The notes under the pieces are model-generated. The model was not told the origin of the DNA. It made no database searches and saw only the letters and a program-made list of their open reading frames with translations. From Antedon mediterranea (lineage: Eukaryota; Animalia; Echinodermata), in assembly GCF_964355755.1 (NCBI RefSeq), contig NC_092672.1, forward strand, positions 11,036,001 to 11,100,000: a stretch of 64,000 nucleotides of DNA, written 5' to 3'. Positions 35,221-64,000 of the stretch are shown in pieces. Made by a program: the position numbers and the translations under genes. The number at the start of each line of letters is the position of its first letter. The stretch's first letter is position 1.

Positions 35221-36160
35221 AAATGTGGATGCGCTGTGTTAGTTTACGTTCGCGTAAAAACGTCATGGTAATAACGTATTCGTTCACGTTTACATAGAAA
35301 AGCCACGCTACTAATTGGACCCTGTTGTGTAGAAATTTGCGTATAGAGACGTCATGATTATAATATGAATACGCTGTGTTAGTTTACGTTCGCGTAGAAA
35401 TGTCATTCTAATAATTTGAATACGCTGTTGGTTCACGTTCGCGCAGAAATATCATGATAATAATGTGAATACGCTGTTAGTTCACGTTCGCGTGGAAAAT
35501 TCATGCTAATAATGTGAATACGCTGTTAGTTCACGTTAGCGTAGAAAAAACGTGCTAATAATGTGAATACGTTGTGTTAGTTTACGTTCGCGTAGAAAAG
35601 TCATGCTAATAATGTGAATACGCTGTGTTAGTTTACGTTCGCGTGTAAAAGTCGTGCTAATAATGTGAATACGTTATGTTAATTTACGTTCGCGTAGAAA
35701 AGTCATGCTAATAATGTGAATACGTTGTGTTAGTTTACGTTCGCGTAGAAATGTCATTCTAATAATGTGAATACGCTGTTGGTTCACGTTCGCGTAGAAA
35801 TATCATGATAATAATGTGAATACGCTGTTAGTTCACGTTAGCGTAGAAAAAACGTGCTAATAATGTGAATACGTTGTGTTAATTTACGTTCGCGTAGAAA
35901 AGTCACGCTAATAATGTGAATACGCTGTGTTAGTTTACGTTCGCGTGTAAAATTCGTGCTAATAATGTGAATACGTTATGTTAATTTACGTTCGCGTAGA
36001 AAAGTCACGCTAATAAAGTGAATACGCTGTGTTAGTTTACGTTCGCGTAGAAAAGTCACGCTAATAATGTGAATACGTTGTGTTAGTTTACGTTCGCGTG
36101 GAAAAGTCGTGCTAATAATGTGAATACGCTGTTTTAGTTTACGTTCGCGTCGAAAAGGCA
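35221..36160. repeat. 48-50-bp CpG-rich minisatellite, ~18 copies
   Basis: Unit aatgtgaatacgctgtgttagtttacgttcgcgtagaaaagtcatgctaat. Confidence 0.95.
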
Positions 36161-38219
36161 TGTAAATTTAAAGGCTTATTAGAAATTCAAAACCCCCAAT
36201 TTTTTAATCAAAGATGAGAAAATCTGAGGAAGCCGCACAATCGAGATTTAAAAAAAGGCAAATTACAATATACGGATGAATTTTAATAAATAGGCTACTA
36301 AAATGAATAGAAGCATAAAAGCCTCCTGCATTGATTTATTTGAAGAGTAAATATTGGATTTTTGGCTAATTGAAGTATTAAAAACTAATGTACTTGGCAA
36401 CAAAAAAATCAGATTTTTCTTCAGATTTGTAAAGTGTAGGCCTAATCAATGAACCAATTTTCTTGAAATTCAATAGGAATATTTTGTAAGTATTCACACC
36501 AAAATATTCATAATAATAATAAAAAGTTGTGGACGTTACCAGTATCGTACAAACAAAAAAGAAGCAAGTATTATATTTTTATTATTTCATTTCCAAAATC
36601 ACAATCAAGTACTATGCTCTACTATACCATGGAACAAACAACAAGAGTAAGAAAACCATTCTAAAGCATTTTATAATTATTTTAATTTTTGCTCTCTTTT
36701 TTAATGAAATTGTATAAAATTCAAAATATATGGTATTTACTAAAAGAAAGAAATACAAATTTGCGACGTGTATTGTAATGCATTTTATAAACTGTAAATA
36801 TGTATGTATATATACCTTTGTCGTGGGTATATAAGATGCATGTATGAAATCATGCATGTATGCGAATATATGCACATGTGTGTTTGGGTGGGTGTACATG
36901 GACATATTGCTATTGTTCAGAGATAAATATAAAACAAGAAAAATGTTAACAATTATTACGGTACATTGTAATAGAAAATGTTTGTTTTTTAAGTACATTT
37001 TAATTATTAAGGTTTTAGGCTAGATATAGAGAAAAATAGCAAAATAAAAGAAAATTATGAAAAAAGATGGATAATGCGAGAAATATAAAAGTATAGATGT
37101 TTTACGAACATAGTAATGATTGAATTATTTTTGATCATATAAAGGATAGGAGAAAATAAAAGAAAATAATTTGGGGAAAAATCAGAATAACATTATAATA
37201 TATAAATTAGAAGATTTATAAAATCATTGTATTGTTCATTGGAAAATGAAATGGATAAAAGTAGTGTTTAACGCCACAAAAAAATCATCAAGTACTATAC
37301 TTAGCAAAATTCTATTTTGCTAAGTATAAATTAAATTAAGAACACAGAAACTGAGAGAAACACTTGGTTAAAAAATAAAGAGAGCAACAGTGTTTTATTT
37401 ATTATTTCGGCCCATATTGAAGATAAAAATAAATCGATATTTCGATAAGTTTTTGTGACGTCACCAATTGTTTGAATTTCCTGAAAGGCAATACTATATT
37501 TACATCGAAACATTCAGGATAACTTGAAAATTGTGACAAGAGTAACAATTTGGCCATTATCCCACGGCCTAAAAGTGATCAAGAGTTTAATTAAATTTAA
37601 TTGAATTATGGTCCGGATTGCCTACAAAAATGTATAGAGTCATTGTAGCTATAATACCATTCAGTTGTTTGAATTTGATAAAGATCCGTGTAAAATTAGT
37701 AATATTAAAAAGTGGGCCAGAATTGGGATCCTGGTCCGCATGATTACACAATGTATTGAAGTCTTATAATATATCTATCTGTGGTTTAAATGTGTTAAAG
37801 ATCCGTCATTTAGTTTAAACGATAAAAATAAATAGATGCAAAAATATAACCTCCTTGGGGGAGGTAATAAAAATAATACAGAGTGTAATATTAACATTTA
37901 ATTTTACATTTTTAAGTGAAATTTTTATTTTTGGTTCCGATCTTCTTTCGAATTGTGAAAATGCTTTATTATTTTATTATGTACAACAATTTCTTGTTAA
38001 TTCTGGAAGATTTAATTGATGTTTCTGTTAGTTGTTTTAAAATGTTGTATTTGTTAATCTGAGGCGCCTTGAAGCTAAGATGGTTCCATCTTGTAAGGCG
38101 CCTCTGTGTAATATACTGAATAAAAAAAAAAAAAAAAAATATAATAATAAAGCTAAATAAAAATTATAATAAAAGATAAATAATAACGATACTTAATTTA
38201 TTATTTTTGTACAAGTAAT

Positions 38220-63160
<24,941 letters not shown>

Positions 63161-64000
63161 CATCCACTACTTTGTAGTGTGAAGTTAGCGTATTTACACT
63201 TAGAACTAATAAAAAAAAATCACTCTATATCGGGCTACAGCGGCAAACACGCCTTTTTCTTTCCGCCGGTAAAACACAAGCGACAAACAATAGGATTTTT
63301 TGCAAGGTCAGAGGAGGTCCCCGACGAAGGTGCTTCCAGTAATGTAATAAATTCTAGCAATTAAAATCAATTAATACAAATTAATTATTATTATCAATTA
63401 ATAATTAAAACAATTTAGAACAAAATTTGAAGCTACTTCTATAAAAATATTGAGCAAAACGTTAAATTGTATTATTTTGAAATAAATGCTAAATAAGTCA
63501 GTAAAAACACAATTTCCAAAATTCATTTTTATTTACCCACTATAAACTGTACAACCACACTCCAGAAAAGAAAATATGATCGAAATTTGCAGAAAGAAGC
63601 AATTAAACACTGTTTCTTTTTCAAAGTTCGGAACGTCCGTAATTATTACGGAAATTCGCCCAAATATTACGGACGTAGATAGATAAATATGGTACTACGG
63701 AAATACTTAAATGATGGGGAATCCCCGGCAAAATATAATGATTATGACGAAATCAACGACCCATATGACGGGGTTTACCACGAATACAGCGTGTAGTGGC
63801 CTTTTGCACAAAGCAATCCAAACTGTCAACAAACAACAAAAACACTGACCGCCGGTAAATTATGTACGGTAATGTTGACTGCTGGTTAAAATTACGCTGC
63901 AGTCTGTCAATTTACATAGGTCTTTTCTAACCCTAGACTTCTATAATGTTAATAATATATAATATGATGGATGGGATCTAAATTTTAATTTAGTGGCAGA

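Noticed and set aside
37536-37870. Possible Helentron-associated short element ending ACCTCCTTGGGGGAGGT
   Set aside because: Only a short terminal palindrome and a single copy in the window; boundaries cannot be supported.

Overview
AT-rich eukaryotic genomic DNA, most likely from a marine invertebrate (echinoderm-like; inferred from gene and repeat content). It contains: (1) a probable last exon of a + strand gene at the left edge; (2) a full-length LINE (CR1/L2-group) with intact ORF1 and ORF2 and an ~890-nt inter-ORF spacer that looks like structured RNA; (3) a complete 15-exon GOLIM4/GPP130 orthologue on the - strand (CDS 12294-28125, ~760 aa, splice phases consistent); (4) a divergently oriented + strand gene starting at 38220 and running off the window, encoding signal peptide - acidic micro-exons - four F-type lectin domains - Ala/Glu/Arg helical stalk - at least six single-exon SRCR domains, a putative innate-immune pattern-recognition protein; (5) many MITEs, nested foldback elements, tRNA-derived SINEs, LINE fragments, minisatellites and two minimal hammerhead-ribozyme-like motifs. 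The best leads are the FTLD-SRCR chimera, the duplicated structured module in the LINE spacer, tandemly duplicated in-frame micro-exon/donor units in GOLIM4, and an intronic minimal hammerhead. All gene models were read by eye with no database or RNA evidence.
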